A stretch of DNA of 64,000 nucleotides from a phage, in the sequence record PZ452610.1; one strand, given 5' to 3'. How positions within the stretch are numbered: the first letter of the stretch is position 1; the number at the start of each line of letters is the position of its first letter. Of the stretch, positions 63,511 through 64,000 are shown piece by piece. The position numbers were made by a program, and so were the translations under genes. The notes below the pieces were generated by a model. The model ran no database searches. It worked only from the letters and a program-made list of their open reading frames with translations, and had not been told where the DNA came from.

Positions 63511-63876
63511 TTAGATATCAAATTCATTAAGAACTACATCAAAGATTGCTTCAAGATGTTCAGGTTTAGCTCGATGACTCAGGATATGACGAATCCAAGT
63601 TTTAACCAGAAGTTCACGATTATCACCATTCCAGCAAGGATGAGTACCTAAATCGCGCTGACGGAAATCATCATCTAATGCAATTTTAAAATTTGAACCT
63701 TCCATCGTGATTGAAACCGTGATGCCATTTTCAAATCGCATATAAACGTAATTAGGAGTCATGCACTGTTCGATTTCACAAACTGTACCGTTTTCGTGTT
63801 TCCATAAGCAAATAACTTCAGAAGAACCAGCGATACCGTTAGAAACATATTTACGTTCGAAGTTGATGTAGTTCAT
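63511..63876 (-). CDS. hypothetical protein
   Basis: 121 aa, ATG with GGAGAA RBS; promoter cassette upstream. Confidence 0.55.
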   Translation of the reverse strand: MNYINFERKYVSNGIAGSSEVICLWKHENGTVCEIEQCMTPNYVYMRFENGITVSITMEGSNFKIALDDDFRQRDLGTHPCWNGDNRELLVKTWIRHILSHRAKPEHLEAIFDVVLNEFDI

Positions 63877-63897
63877 TTTATTCTCCGGATGTTTAAG

Positions 63898-63944
63898 TTG
63901 TTTGTTGGTACAGGTCTATAATAACATAACCTGTACCAAAGTAA
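63898..63944 (-). promoter_or_regulatory. early-type promoter with palindromic stem-loop (PeSL-like)
   Basis: GGTACAGGT ... ACCTGTACC perfect 9-bp inverted repeat around TATAAT/TTATAG, gtaaac -35. Confidence 0.5.
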
Positions 63945-64000
63945 ACTGTTTTATGCAACTTTAATCCAATTGTCTAAATTTAAAACACCTTTGGCTTTCA

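Overview
This window reads as the late/structural core of a T4-like (T-even, Tequatrovirus-type) myovirus genome, flanked by early accessory regions. The central block on the + strand runs in T4 order: baseplate wedge and hub genes 53, 5 (hub plus lysozyme domain), 5.1, 5.4 (PAAR tip), 6 to 11, short tail fibre 12, fibritin wac, neck 13/14, 15, terminase 16/17, sheath 18, tube 19, portal 20, prohead core 67/68/21/22, major capsid 23 and vertex 24. It is followed by rnlB, hoc, inh, uvsW, uvsY, hub genes 25/26/51/27/28/29/48/54, alt and DNA ligase 30 plus 30.x genes. Assignments rest on protein length, motifs visible in the translations and T4 synteny recalled from memory; no database search was run. 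The left ~9 kb is a minus-strand early-gene island: repeated early-promoter/stem-loop cassettes, two tRNA genes, three capsid-targeting-sequence internal-protein genes, an Acb1-like (57B) 2H phosphoesterase and many small unknown ORFs. The most unusual observations are a trio of tandem small ORFs sharing a C-terminal GWV(S/A)SSxxC tail, an ORF beside the tRNAs interrupted by an in-frame TAA, and a 47-bp promoter/RBS cassette found identically at two distant sites. The ORF track uses non-ATG starts, so several starts were moved to internal ATGs with a visible RBS.
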